This document shows positions 19,550 to 28,960 of a DNA stretch of 64,000 bases, in pieces. The position numbers and the translations under genes are program-made. The notes under the pieces are model-generated. The model saw only the letters and a program-made list of their open reading frames with translations. It was not told where the DNA came from and ran no database searches. Within the stretch, counting starts at the first letter, position 1, and each line of letters begins with the position of its first letter. This stretch comes from an uncultured delta proteobacterium (lineage in GTDB: Bacteria; Myxococcota_A; Polyangia; Polyangiales; Polyangiaceae): the NCBI GenBank assembly GCA_963841435.1, contig CAWJCS010000003.1, forward strand, positions 1,184,001 through 1,248,000. Direction: 5' to 3'.

Positions 19550-21511
19550 CTAGTCGTCCCCGTCGTCCTGGTCTTCTTTGTCGCCCTTGGGGCCGCCGTC
19601 GTACGAGCGTGGCCGGTACTTCTTTTGCACGCCGCCGTGCTCCTTGCCGTGGTGCACGATGTCGGTCGCCAGAAACGCGAGCCAGCTGCCCGGGTGGGCG
19701 TCGGCCATGCTCAGAAGCTCGCTCTCGTGGGGCTCGATGTGCTTTTCGTCCCAGAGGCACTGCAAGGCGAGGGCGATCAGGTTGGGGTCGTTCGGCGCGA
19801 GCTCGAAACCGCGCACGTAGCTCGGCCAGGCGTCGGAGACGCGGTGCAAACGGCAGAGCGTGTCGCCGAGATAGATGTGGGCCATGGCCCAGCGCGGCGC
19901 TAGCTCGAGCGCACGCTGGTTGGCAGCGAGGCGCTCGTCGAGACGGCCGCGTGCCCCGACCATCACCGAGTAGTTGAGGTGGGCCTTCGCGCTGTTGCCG
20001 ACGGAGTTCTTGGTCGCGCGCCAGAACACGAGATCGTCGGTGTAGTCGAAGGCGTGCCAGCGGGCCTGGGCCGCCTGGAAGCCGAACCACAGCGCGAGGG
20101 CGTAGGCCGCGCGCCGTGAGGGAAAGCGGTGGCGCAGCCACGGCACGAGCGGCGCGAGCAGCATGACGGCGCCCATGGCGGGCAGGTACCAGAAGCGCTC
20201 GGCGCGCACCGTGGGCAGGAGCACCGGGATGTTCGAGTGCGGAAAGTAGGCGACGGGGACCCACAAGAGCCCGACGGCGACGAGCCCGCGGACGCGCGTT
20301 CCGAGCCCGAGCGGAGCGACCTCGCCGGGCGAGACGGTCGCCGGCCTCTGCGCGCGATCGCGCCGCTCGGCAAAGAGCGCGCTCACCCACACTCCCAACG
20401 CGACGAGCGGCGGCAGGAGCAACGCGAGGCCGCCAAGCACGCTCTCGACGCCGAACAAGCGCGCGGGGACCGGCTCCGCCGGGAAGGAGTAGTCGCCGCT
20501 CAGCCGCCACGGAAAGACGAGCTGCCCGAGCCCGCGCGCGTAGACGCGCATAGCCCCGGAGATGCGATGCGGCAGGTCGGCCCCGACGAGCGGGTTGTTG
20601 ATCGGGTCGTGCGGCAAGGGTGGCTGGGCGAACCAGCGCAAGAAGGCGTGGAATGCGCGCAACGGCGCCCACTCCGAGCTGAGCTGAGCGGCGGACTCGG
20701 GCGATGCGACCGGAAAAAAGCGACGGCGAAGGTACGTGTAGGCGACGAGCGCCAGCAACGAGAAGACGAGCGTCGCGCCGGCGCGCAGCACGCGGCGGGG
20801 TCGCGCGTGCAGGAACGGCGCGAGGCAGAGCGCCGCCCACGTGACGAGCGGCAGAGCGACGATCACGCTCTCCTTGGAGAGCAGCCCCAAGAACAGCGCC
20901 AGAAAGACGCCGAGCGGCAGAAGCCAACCGGAAAGCCTGAGCGCGTGCAGCGCCGCGACCACCCCCAGCCCCCCGAGCACGTCGGCGATGCCCACGACGC
21001 CCGACACCGCTTCGGTGAGCACCGCAAACGAAAGAAACATGCCGCCGGCGATCCAGCCGTGGTCGCGGCGACGGGTCACCGCGAAAACGAAGCTCGCGAG
21101 CAGCGCGGCGTTGAGCGCGTGCACGACGACGTTGACGAGGTGATGCAAGAAGGGCGCGGTGCTCACGTGCCAGAGCGCGCGCCAGATGAGGTTTGGCAGC
21201 GGGCGGTAGGAGCCAATGCTGCGATCGGCGGCGAGACCCCAGAAGTCGCGGCGGAACGCCTCCCAGAAGGCGAGACCCCGGCCGTTGACGTAGGGGTTCG
21301 CGAGCAGTGCCTCCTGCTCGTCGAAGATGTAGTTCGACAGCGGGCTTCTCGTGTAGAGCAGCGCCGAAATCAAGAGTGAAAGCCCGAAGGTCGCCTTGAA
21401 CGTCGGGTCGCGGTCGGCGACGTGGCGGACGAGACTCGACGCCGTCGCCCGCAGGCTCTCGGCCAGGCGGCGCCCCAGGGAGGGCCGCGTCGGGATGGGG
21501 AGCTGGTTCAC
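19550..21511 (-). CDS. TMTC-like membrane protein with C-terminal TPR (putative protein O-mannosyltransferase)
   Basis: FDEQEALLANP, DFWG...SYRPL, LLSKE, LSGDY, AERFWYLP, then TPR repeats; start GTG 21511. Confidence 0.75.
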   Translation of the reverse strand: MNQLPIPTRPSLGRRLAESLRATASSLVRHVADRDPTFKATFGLSLLISALLYTRSPLSNYIFDEQEALLANPYVNGRGLAFWEAFRRDFWGLAADRSIGSYRPLPNLIWRALWHVSTAPFLHHLVNVVVHALNAALLASFVFAVTRRRDHGWIAGGMFLSFAVLTEAVSGVVGIADVLGGLGVVAALHALRLSGWLLPLGVFLALFLGLLSKESVIVALPLVTWAALCLAPFLHARPRRVLRAGATLVFSLLALVAYTYLRRRFFPVASPESAAQLSSEWAPLRAFHAFLRWFAQPPLPHDPINNPLVGADLPHRISGAMRVYARGLGQLVFPWRLSGDYSFPAEPVPARLFGVESVLGGLALLLPPLVALGVWVSALFAERRDRAQRPATVSPGEVAPLGLGTRVRGLVAVGLLWVPVAYFPHSNIPVLLPTVRAERFWYLPAMGAVMLLAPLVPWLRHRFPSRRAAYALALWFGFQAAQARWHAFDYTDDLVFWRATKNSVGNSAKAHLNYSVMVGARGRLDERLAANQRALELAPRWAMAHIYLGDTLCRLHRVSDAWPSYVRGFELAPNDPNLIALALQCLWDEKHIEPHESELLSMADAHPGSWLAFLATDIVHHGKEHGGVQKKYRPRSYDGGPKGDKEDQDDGDD

Positions 21512-21563
21512 CTCGGGGGCCTTCGGGTAGCACCGCGCGGCCGGGTCGAGTAGTCCCGCCGGC

Positions 21564-22925
21564 ATGGGCGCCCTGCCGGCCTTCGACGGTTGCGACGTGA
21601 CGGAGAAGATCCGTGGCGGCCCGATCGTCGAGCAGTACCGGGCCACTCAGATCCCCCTCGGTCGTTCGGTGACGATCAAGGCGCTCGGTCCGAGCATCCT
21701 ACCGTCGTCGCCGTTCGCCGCCGCGCTCGAGCGCGAGGCCCAGCTGCTCGCGAAGCTCGGCCACCCGAACGTGATCACGCTTCACGATTTCATCCAGCGC
21801 GGCGAGCGCATGTGGCTCGTGCTCGAGTACATCGACGGCTGGTCGCTCGCCGAGGTGCGCGGGCGCGTGGGACGCCTGCCGGAGCCCGCCGCCGTCGCCA
21901 TCGCCCTCGCGATCGCCGAAGGGCTCGCGCATGCGCACTCGCGCGGCGTCGTGCACCGCGACCTCTCGCCGACGAACGTGCTCGTCTCGCGCGAAGGCGA
22001 GGTGAAGATCACCGATTTTTCCGTCGCCTCCGACCAGCGCTTGCCGACGGCGCCCGAGCTCTTCGCGGGCGCTCAGAGCAAGAGCTCGCTCGCGTACTCG
22101 TCGCCGGAGCAAGTGCTCGGCGAGCAGCCCGATCCGCGCAGTGACCTGTTCTCGCTCGGCGTGTTGTTGTTCGAGTTGCTCGCGGGTCAGCCTCCGTTCG
22201 GCGGCGACGACGATCCGGGAGCAACGGTGCGAATTCGCAACGAGCAGGCGCCGCCGCTCGGACGTTTCGTGCCGACGGTTTCCCCCTCCGTCGAGCGCGT
22301 CGTGCAGCGCTGCCTGCAGAAGCTGCCCGCGGATCGCTTTCAGTCGGCCGAAGAGCTCGCGCACGCCCTAAAAGGGGCGCTCACCGAGCTCGGCGTGGGG
22401 CGCGAGGAAGGCGTCCTCAGCGCGCTCGCCGCCGCCGATCTGCTTCCCAACGAGCCAGGCACTCAGGTGGCGCCGCCGGGGACTCGGAAGAGCGGCAGCA
22501 CCGTGCGCGGCGTCGCACGGGTGCTCGTGCTCGCGGGCTTGCTCATCGTCGGAGGCACCGCGGCGATTCAGCTCCTACTGCAACGCAGTGGAACCGATCC
22601 GGGGCGTGCGGCACGCGGGAGGCTCGACCTCGCCCCGGCGAGCCCGGCCTACTTGAGGGTCGTCGCGGAACCCTGGGCCGACGTGATCGTCGACGGGCAA
22701 AAGGTGGAGACCACGCCGTTCGCTCGACCGATCGCGCTATCGTCGGGTGTCCACTACGTTCGACTCGAACATCCCCAGGCGCCGCCGGAACGTCGCACCG
22801 TCGAGTTCGCACCCGGGGAGACCGTCTTGCTCGACGTGACCATGCGGGTGCGTCGGCCGCCGAGCACGACGGCGCCGGGGGCATCGCTGCCCTCGGCCAC
22901 CGAACCGGCGGATTCATCCCCCTGA
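21564..22925 (+). CDS. Membrane Ser/Thr protein kinase (degenerate motifs) with a C-terminal PEGA-like domain
   Basis: VTIK, HRDLSPTN, DFS, SPEQ, SDLFSLG; TM segment; PWADVIVDG...TTP. Confidence 0.88.
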   Translation: MGALPAFDGCDVTEKIRGGPIVEQYRATQIPLGRSVTIKALGPSILPSSPFAAALEREAQLLAKLGHPNVITLHDFIQRGERMWLVLEYIDGWSLAEVRGRVGRLPEPAAVAIALAIAEGLAHAHSRGVVHRDLSPTNVLVSREGEVKITDFSVASDQRLPTAPELFAGAQSKSSLAYSSPEQVLGEQPDPRSDLFSLGVLLFELLAGQPPFGGDDDPGATVRIRNEQAPPLGRFVPTVSPSVERVVQRCLQKLPADRFQSAEELAHALKGALTELGVGREEGVLSALAAADLLPNEPGTQVAPPGTRKSGSTVRGVARVLVLAGLLIVGGTAAIQLLLQRSGTDPGRAARGRLDLAPASPAYLRVVAEPWADVIVDGQKVETTPFARPIALSSGVHYVRLEHPQAPPERRTVEFAPGETVLLDVTMRVRRPPSTTAPGASLPSATEPADSSP

Positions 22926-22938
22926 CCATCCCCCTGAC
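22915..22938 (+). repeat. Perfect 12-bp tandem duplication CATCCCCCTGAC x2 spanning the kinase stop codon
   Basis: Copies at 22915-22926 and 22927-22938. Confidence 0.9.
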
Positions 22939-23058
22939 ACAGAGGCGCAGGCGTTAGCGCGGGGAAGCTCGCCAAGGGCCCGGTCGTGTGGTTCAATTTC
23001 GAAGAGTCTCTGGGCCCTGGGGTCCGTATCGGGACTATCCACCGCCAGAACCAACACC

Positions 23059-24921
23059 ATGCACGTCGAGCTGCGATCGGGGTCGCGACTGGGTCGCTAC
23101 GAGCTCTTGGTGGAGCTCGGGCTCGGCGGCATGGCCAGCGTCTGGATCGCCCGCGAGCCGAGTGACGTCGGGGACCGCCTCGTCGCCCTGAAGGCGATGC
23201 TGCCCGAGCTCGCGCAGCAGCCCGACTTTCGCACGATGTTCCTCGAGGAGGGGCAGATCGTCCGGAGCATCGAGCACCCGAACGTCGTTCGTGTGCATGA
23301 GGTCGGCGAGGACCGCGGCACGCTGTTCATGGCGATGGAGTGGGTCCGCGGCGACTCGCTGCGTGCCGTCATCCGCGAGGCGCGTCGGCGTCGGCCCATT
23401 CCGTCGGAAATGGCGGTGCGCATCATCGCCGACACGGCCGCGGGGCTGCACGCGGCTCACGAGCTGCGCGGCTGGGACGGCGAGCTCCGCAATCTCGTCC
23501 ACTGCGACGTTTCGCCCCACAACATCCTGGTGGGTGTCGACGGCAAAGCGCGGCTCGTCAACTTCGGCGTCGCAAACGGCACCGCCTACGGCGATCCCGA
23601 TGGTGACGAGAAGGTGAAGGGTAAGTTCGGCTACATGTCGCCGGAGCAGGCGGCCGGCGCTCGCATCGATCGGCGCAGCGACGTGTTCGCGCTCGGGATC
23701 GTGCTGTTCGAGCTGACGACCGGCGAGCGGCTATTCCGCGGTGAAACTCCAGCGCACACGCTCGAGCTCGTCACGGCCGCCCAGGTCCCCCACCCCGGGC
23801 AAGTGCTCGAAGGGTACCCCGAAGGCCTCGTGCCGATCGTGCAGAAGGCGCTCGCGCACGACCCCGGTGAGCGCTTCCAGACGGCCGAGGAAATGCGCAA
23901 CGCGCTCGATCAATTCCTGGTCAGCGAGCGGATGCTGGTCTCGCACGCGAGCGTCGGAAAGCTGGTGCGCAAGGTGCTCTTGCCTCGCCTCGAGCAGCAG
24001 GACGAGGCGCTGCGCCGCGCGCTTTTGGCCACCGACGGCATGGTGCGCGCCGGCCTGGTGCCCGAGATGGCGGCGTTCGATTCGCATCCCGGGCGGCTGT
24101 CCGAGCCCCCGACGAGCAGCCATCCCTTCGGTAGCGCCGGCCCCTTTCAGCAGACGCTCCGCAACACCCGTTCGCCGCGGCGCGCCCCCATCGGCGCGGT
24201 GGTGTTCGGGGCGCTCGGCGTGCTGGCCGCCGTCGGCGCGATCGTGTGGACGACGCTCCAGGTGAAGCCGAACGTGCTCGTGACGGCGCCGGGCACGCCA
24301 TCGCGTAGTGGGGCCGCCCGGGCGACGAACGAGCCCGCTCACCCGGGTGCCGACGCCGTGAGCTTCGACGGAATCCCCGTGCTCGAAAAGGACCTCGGGC
24401 GCGCTCCCCAGAACAATCCCGGCGTCGCTGCGCCCCATCGGGTCACCGTCAAGCTCGACGAAGAACCGGGCTCTGCCGGGCCAGCAACGACGACGCCACC
24501 AAAGCGGGAGAAGGTCGTGCTCGAGGAGTCGGCGCAGCACGCCGTCCCGCGCCCGGCCCCGACGGCAACCACGACGGCAACGGCGGTCGCCGTGACGCTC
24601 GACGAGCAGCCGACGACAGCCAAGACGGCGACCGTCGTACCAGAGAGCGAGCGGGGGCCGCTCAATCGGGGTGCCGCACTCTCCGCGCTGTCGGCCGCCG
24701 CCAATCGTGCGACGGCGTGCCGCAACCCGGACGGGCCGTCGGGCTCTGGGCGCGCGATGGTCACGTTTTCGCCCGACGGGCCCGTGAGCGCGGTCTCTCT
24801 GCCCGCGCCGTTTTCGGGCACGGGCGTGGGGTCGTGCGTCAGCACGGCTTTCCGCGCCGCCCACGTGCCCGCGTTCACCGGCAGCGCCGTCACGCTACCC
24901 CAGAGCTTTCGCATCCCCTGA
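23059..24921 (+). CDS. Membrane Ser/Thr protein kinase with a C-terminal extracytoplasmic domain
   Basis: GLGGMASVW, VALK, HCDVSPHN, NFG (DFG expected), GKFGYMSPEQ; TM segment; C-terminal domain with two Cys. Confidence 0.92.
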   Translation: MHVELRSGSRLGRYELLVELGLGGMASVWIAREPSDVGDRLVALKAMLPELAQQPDFRTMFLEEGQIVRSIEHPNVVRVHEVGEDRGTLFMAMEWVRGDSLRAVIREARRRRPIPSEMAVRIIADTAAGLHAAHELRGWDGELRNLVHCDVSPHNILVGVDGKARLVNFGVANGTAYGDPDGDEKVKGKFGYMSPEQAAGARIDRRSDVFALGIVLFELTTGERLFRGETPAHTLELVTAAQVPHPGQVLEGYPEGLVPIVQKALAHDPGERFQTAEEMRNALDQFLVSERMLVSHASVGKLVRKVLLPRLEQQDEALRRALLATDGMVRAGLVPEMAAFDSHPGRLSEPPTSSHPFGSAGPFQQTLRNTRSPRRAPIGAVVFGALGVLAAVGAIVWTTLQVKPNVLVTAPGTPSRSGAARATNEPAHPGADAVSFDGIPVLEKDLGRAPQNNPGVAAPHRVTVKLDEEPGSAGPATTTPPKREKVVLEESAQHAVPRPAPTATTTATAVAVTLDEQPTTAKTATVVPESERGPLNRGAALSALSAAANRATACRNPDGPSGSGRAMVTFSPDGPVSAVSLPAPFSGTGVGSCVSTAFRAAHVPAFTGSAVTLPQSFRIP

Positions 24922-24946
24922 GTCGACGCGTTCGGCGGTCGCGCCC

Positions 24947-25985
24947 GTGGCCGAGCTCGGCGAGCTCGGAAGCACCGACGCACAGCGCGGCGCGTCGGCG
25001 ACACCGACGGTTCGCCTGGCCGCACCAAACCGCAATTTCGGGCTCGAGCAGGGCCTCGACGTGAACCGCCTGCTCGTCCGCTTCGACCAGGGGGCGTGGC
25101 CAACGACTGCGTCGGCGCCCCGCCGCCGCTCACGCCCTGGCCCGGTTCGAACGCGGTCATCACCGTGGACGGCGTGGCGACCTTCGGCGGCAACCTGAGC
25201 GACCTCTACTACGAGACCGGGACGCCCGACGCCCTCCCCGACAGCACGCTCCGTCCCCGAGCTCGTTCTTCGACGAGGCAACGGGCCTGCCCTACGACCC
25301 GACCGTCCACCCGAACCACGGCACGGGCGTCTTCTTCGTGGGCGTCGAGGCAAACGGCATGATCTACGCCTACGCGCTCGATCCGGGGACCGTGGACTTC
25401 GGCGCGCGCTTCCGGAACTCCGTCGCCTGGGACGAAAAGGCCCTGCGCGACGAGCCCTCAACCTACCTCGCGGGCTACCGCTGGTTTCCCTACGAATGGG
25501 GCGCGCGCTACCTGTGGTTCTCCTTTCAAGCCGATGGGCTCGACGGCGTGCTCGCCCGCTACGCCTCGCCGCCCCTCACGACGCGCACGCTCATGGCGAG
25601 CGTCGACGCCGCGCTCGACGACCTCGGGCCTCCCGCCGAGCTGCCTTCTCCCGTCCCGCCGTCCGAGTGGGCACCGTTCACCGACACGACGCTCGGGGCC
25701 TTCGGCGTCTTTCTGGTGCTGCTCCACGCGACCCAAGCGGTCGAGGAGGCCCGCACGCTCGCGCTCGGCTGGCGAGGCGATCGACTCTCCGTGCTCGCGG
25801 GCACGACCGACGACGCGCCCACGGCGGCGGTGCTCGCCATCGAGTTCTCTGATGCTGCGACCGCCGCGACGGTCACCTTGCGGTTCGCTGCGTTCCGGTC
25901 AGCCCGCGTGCAACGCACCGACGCGCGCGTCGTGATGGCGGTCGCGACCACCTCGACGCCTCTCGACTGGGCGTTCTCGCCCTGA
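24947..25985 (+). pseudogene. Mosaic of fragments of secreted-protein genes across several reading frames
   Basis: Three frames each carry protein-like pieces (see findings); there is no coherent start or signal peptide. Confidence 0.65.
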
Positions 25986-25991
25986 GCGCTC

Positions 25992-27017
25992 TCAGCCGTT
26001 CCTGCTGCGCGCGATGAGCGCCTTGGCTTCCGCGGGGTGTTGCTGGCACTCGAGCAGCGCCGTCAGGACGAGCGGCGCGACGATCGTCGCGTCCGACTCG
26101 ATGACGAACATCGGCGTCGATTCCGTGAGCTTGTCCCAGGTGATCTTCTCGTTGGGCGTCGCACCCGAGTACGAGCCGTACGACGTCGTCGAATCGGAGA
26201 TCTGGCAGAAATAGGCCCAAGGCTTGGCCGGCTGCTCGAGGTCGTACTTAATCGACGGCACGACGCAGATCGGGAAGTCACCCGCAATGCCCCCGCCGAT
26301 CTGGAAAAATCCGCATCCCGTGCCCGTCGAGAGCTCGCGATACTGGTCGTAGAAGGCGGCCATGTATTCGATGCCGGACTTCACGATGCTTGCACCGGCG
26401 TGGCCGAGCTTGACGTGTGACGCGAAGATGTTGCCGAAGGTCGAGTCTTCGTGGCCGGGAACCACGAGTGGCAGGTGCGCCTTCGCGGCGGCGAGCAACC
26501 AGCATTCGTCGGGATCGCCCTGGTACAGGCTCGCCGGGATCGTCTGAATGAGCTCGTAGAAGTACTCGTGCCAGAAGCGGCGCTCGCCTCTCTCGGTGGC
26601 GTTCTTCCACATTGGCACGATGAATTTCTCGACGGCGCGAAATGCCTCATCCTCCGGAATGCTGGTGTCCGTCACGCGCCGCATTCGATCGTTCAAGATG
26701 CGCGTGTCATCGGACTTGGTGAGGTAGCGGTAGTCGGGAAAGTCCTGGTAGTGGCGGTGCGCCACGAGGCGAAACAGCGATTCCTCGAGATTCGCTCCTG
26801 TCACCGACAGGCCGTGCACGAGGCCGGCCCGAATCGCGGGCGCGAGCGTGATGCCGAGCTGGGCCGAGGACATGGCGCCGGCGATCGCCCAGAACATCTT
26901 GCCGCCGGACTCGATGTGAGCCTGGTAGGCGAGCAGCGCGTCGCGCGTCGCGCGGGCGTTGAAGTTCGTGTAGTTCTTGAGGACGAATCCGAGAGTCGGC
27001 AGCGAGGCCATCGGCAT
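25992..27017 (-). CDS. Deoxyhypusine synthase-like protein (putative homospermidine synthase)
   Basis: NFNA, AGAMSSAQLG, TGANLEE, EDSTFGN, FQIGGGIAGDFPICVVP, SYSGATPNEKITWDKL, IESDATIVAPL. Confidence 0.9.
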   Translation of the reverse strand: MPMASLPTLGFVLKNYTNFNARATRDALLAYQAHIESGGKMFWAIAGAMSSAQLGITLAPAIRAGLVHGLSVTGANLEESLFRLVAHRHYQDFPDYRYLTKSDDTRILNDRMRRVTDTSIPEDEAFRAVEKFIVPMWKNATERGERRFWHEYFYELIQTIPASLYQGDPDECWLLAAAKAHLPLVVPGHEDSTFGNIFASHVKLGHAGASIVKSGIEYMAAFYDQYRELSTGTGCGFFQIGGGIAGDFPICVVPSIKYDLEQPAKPWAYFCQISDSTTSYGSYSGATPNEKITWDKLTESTPMFVIESDATIVAPLVLTALLECQQHPAEAKALIARSRNG

Positions 27018-27165
27018 GCCGGCCCACTTAATCCGGAGTGGCCCGCCGGGCCAGCCCTCACCGCGAGCGGGCGGAAATCCACCCTGCCTGGTTCGTTTTG
27101 GTCCGCGCCTGGCGAAGGATCGGTGACGAACCCCTCGGTTTTCGCCGAGGCGCCGCTCGGTGCTG

Positions 27166-27912
27166 CTACGGCCGGCCGCGCCAGCGCTGACGCTCTTCGT
27201 CGAACAGGCGCGAGAGCCGGCGCTGCTCCTGCATCAGCGCGCCGTACGAGCGGGGCACGCGCGTGTCGCGACGGAAGGCCGCGAAGACGGCGAGCGCCGC
27301 ATCGGCATCGTCCGTAGCACGGTGGGCCTGCTCGAGCTTGATGCCGAGCCGCTCGGCGACCTCAGAAAGCGCGCGACTCTTCTCGGCGCGCTGCAGCTCG
27401 CGGGCCCAGATGAGCGGGTCGATCCATTCGACCGCGCGGCGCGTCGCCGGGACGGTCGCTTGCAGCGAGATCCCGGCGCGCGACAGCTCCGCCGTCAACA
27501 CCTTGCGGTCGTACTCGGCGTTGTAGGCGAGCGGCACCGCGCCCACGAGCGCCTCGAGGACCTCCGCGGCGATGGCGGCGAACGGCGGCGCGTCCTTGAC
27601 CTTCTCGTCGTCGATGCCGGTCACGTCCGACGATGCCTTGGGGATCGGCCGGCCTGGATTCACGAGCCACGAACGCCGCACGGTTTCCGCGCCGGGCACC
27701 ACCCGCACACAGGCGATTTCGACGACGCGGTCAACCTCCGCGTCGAGCCCCGTCGTCTCGGTATCGATGGCCACGACGGTGAGGTCGTCGAGGGCCGTCT
27801 CACTGGCAAATTCCTCGGCAAGACCGGCCGCCACCACGCGCAAGAGGTGCGCGATACCGGGATAGTGCCGGCCGGTCGGGAAGCAGCCGAGGCCTTCGGC
27901 ACCGCCTCTCAT
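27166..27912 (-). CDS. DEDDh 3'-5' exonuclease (DnaQ-like)
   Basis: IDTETTG, YNAEYD, IDPL, HRATDDA. Its own ATG at 27912 overlaps a TGA (ATGA) of the upstream gene once a 1-nt insertion is removed. Confidence 0.85.
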   Translation of the reverse strand: MRGGAEGLGCFPTGRHYPGIAHLLRVVAAGLAEEFASETALDDLTVVAIDTETTGLDAEVDRVVEIACVRVVPGAETVRRSWLVNPGRPIPKASSDVTGIDDEKVKDAPPFAAIAAEVLEALVGAVPLAYNAEYDRKVLTAELSRAGISLQATVPATRRAVEWIDPLIWARELQRAEKSRALSEVAERLGIKLEQAHRATDDADAALAVFAAFRRDTRVPRSYGALMQEQRRLSRLFDEERQRWRGRP

Positions 27913-28839
27913 GGAGTCGAACGCGGCGGGCGCCGCGGACGGCGCCGAACGAGGAACGAGCGTGAGCTCGAGCGCGATCCAGTCCTCGAGGTCCTGTTTG
28001 AAATCGGGACTACCCGGGAATTTCCGTCCGTTCACGAAGAGGCTCGGCGTGCTGTCGAGCTTGAGCGCTTCACCCTGCTTGCGGTCGCGCGCAACAACGT
28101 CGGCCGTGGCCTCGCTGTCCCGATCCTGCCGGAAGCGTGTGAGATCGAGCCCAGCTTTCTCCGCGAGCTTTTCGACGTTCTCGGGCGTGAGCTGGGTCTG
28201 GTTGTCGAACAGGAGCGCGTGCATTTCCCAGAATTTACCCTGCTTGGCGGCGGCGACCGCCGCGCGCGCTGCTTTTTCGGCGTGCGGGTGCATCGACAGC
28301 GGGAAGTGCTTGAAGACGACCGCGACCTCGTTCGGATGCTTGTCGTACACCTCGTCGATCGCGGGCCGCGCCGCGCCACAGGCCGGGCATTCGAAGTCGG
28401 CAAACTCGACGATCACCACGGGCGCGTCCTTCGGGCCCTTCCTCGGCGAGCCTTCGATCTCGAGCTTCGTCACTTGATCGGCGGCGAAACGTGCGCGGTA
28501 CGCGGCCTCGATCTGCGTGCGGGTGCGCCCACGCTGTACCTGCTCGAGGAGGTAACGCGCCGCTGGCAAGCACGCAGCGCAGGGTCGCGACTCGCGAACG
28601 CACTGGGCGACGCTGACGGGATGCTCGGAGCACGGCCCAAGCAGCTCGGACACGGCGCTCGACCACTCGGAGCGCTCGCGCGCCGTGAGCGAGGACGTAT
28701 CGACGCCTTTGAGCTCCACCGCCTTCTCGGGGTGCGGATTGCTGGCATCGCCGCCGCCCTCGCCCGGCGAGCGGCAAGTCGTGAGCCGGCTCGAGAACAG
28801 GGCGAGCAAGCCGAGCACGGCAACGACTTTCGGGGTCAT
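27909..28839 (-). CDS. DsbA/thioredoxin-domain protein; read-through into the exonuclease is probably due to a 1-nt insertion at about 27920
   Basis: EFADFECPAC, KHFPL, STPSLFVNGR; N-terminal signal and a 4-Cys segment. Confidence 0.85.
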
Positions 28840-28960
28840 GGCGGAGAGAGCCTACCCCAGGGCGGCGGGCTTGGGGGCCATGGGCCTACCGCGGGCTTGA
28901 GCCGCTATTTTCGGGGGTTTCCGCGCCAGCGCGGCGATCTTTGGTAGATCGGCCCGAGCG

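Noticed and set aside
23557-23568. NFG as evidence that kinase 2 is a true pseudokinase
   Set aside because: The other motifs are intact and the change falls in the recurrent GTCGAC to GTCAAC context, so it is not trusted without reads.
27483-27488. Other GTCAAC/GTTGAC sites (e.g. 27483, about 16105, about 18872) as part of the modification footprint
   Set aside because: Reverting them to GTCGAC gives no more plausible residues, so they are likely genuine sequence and were not counted.
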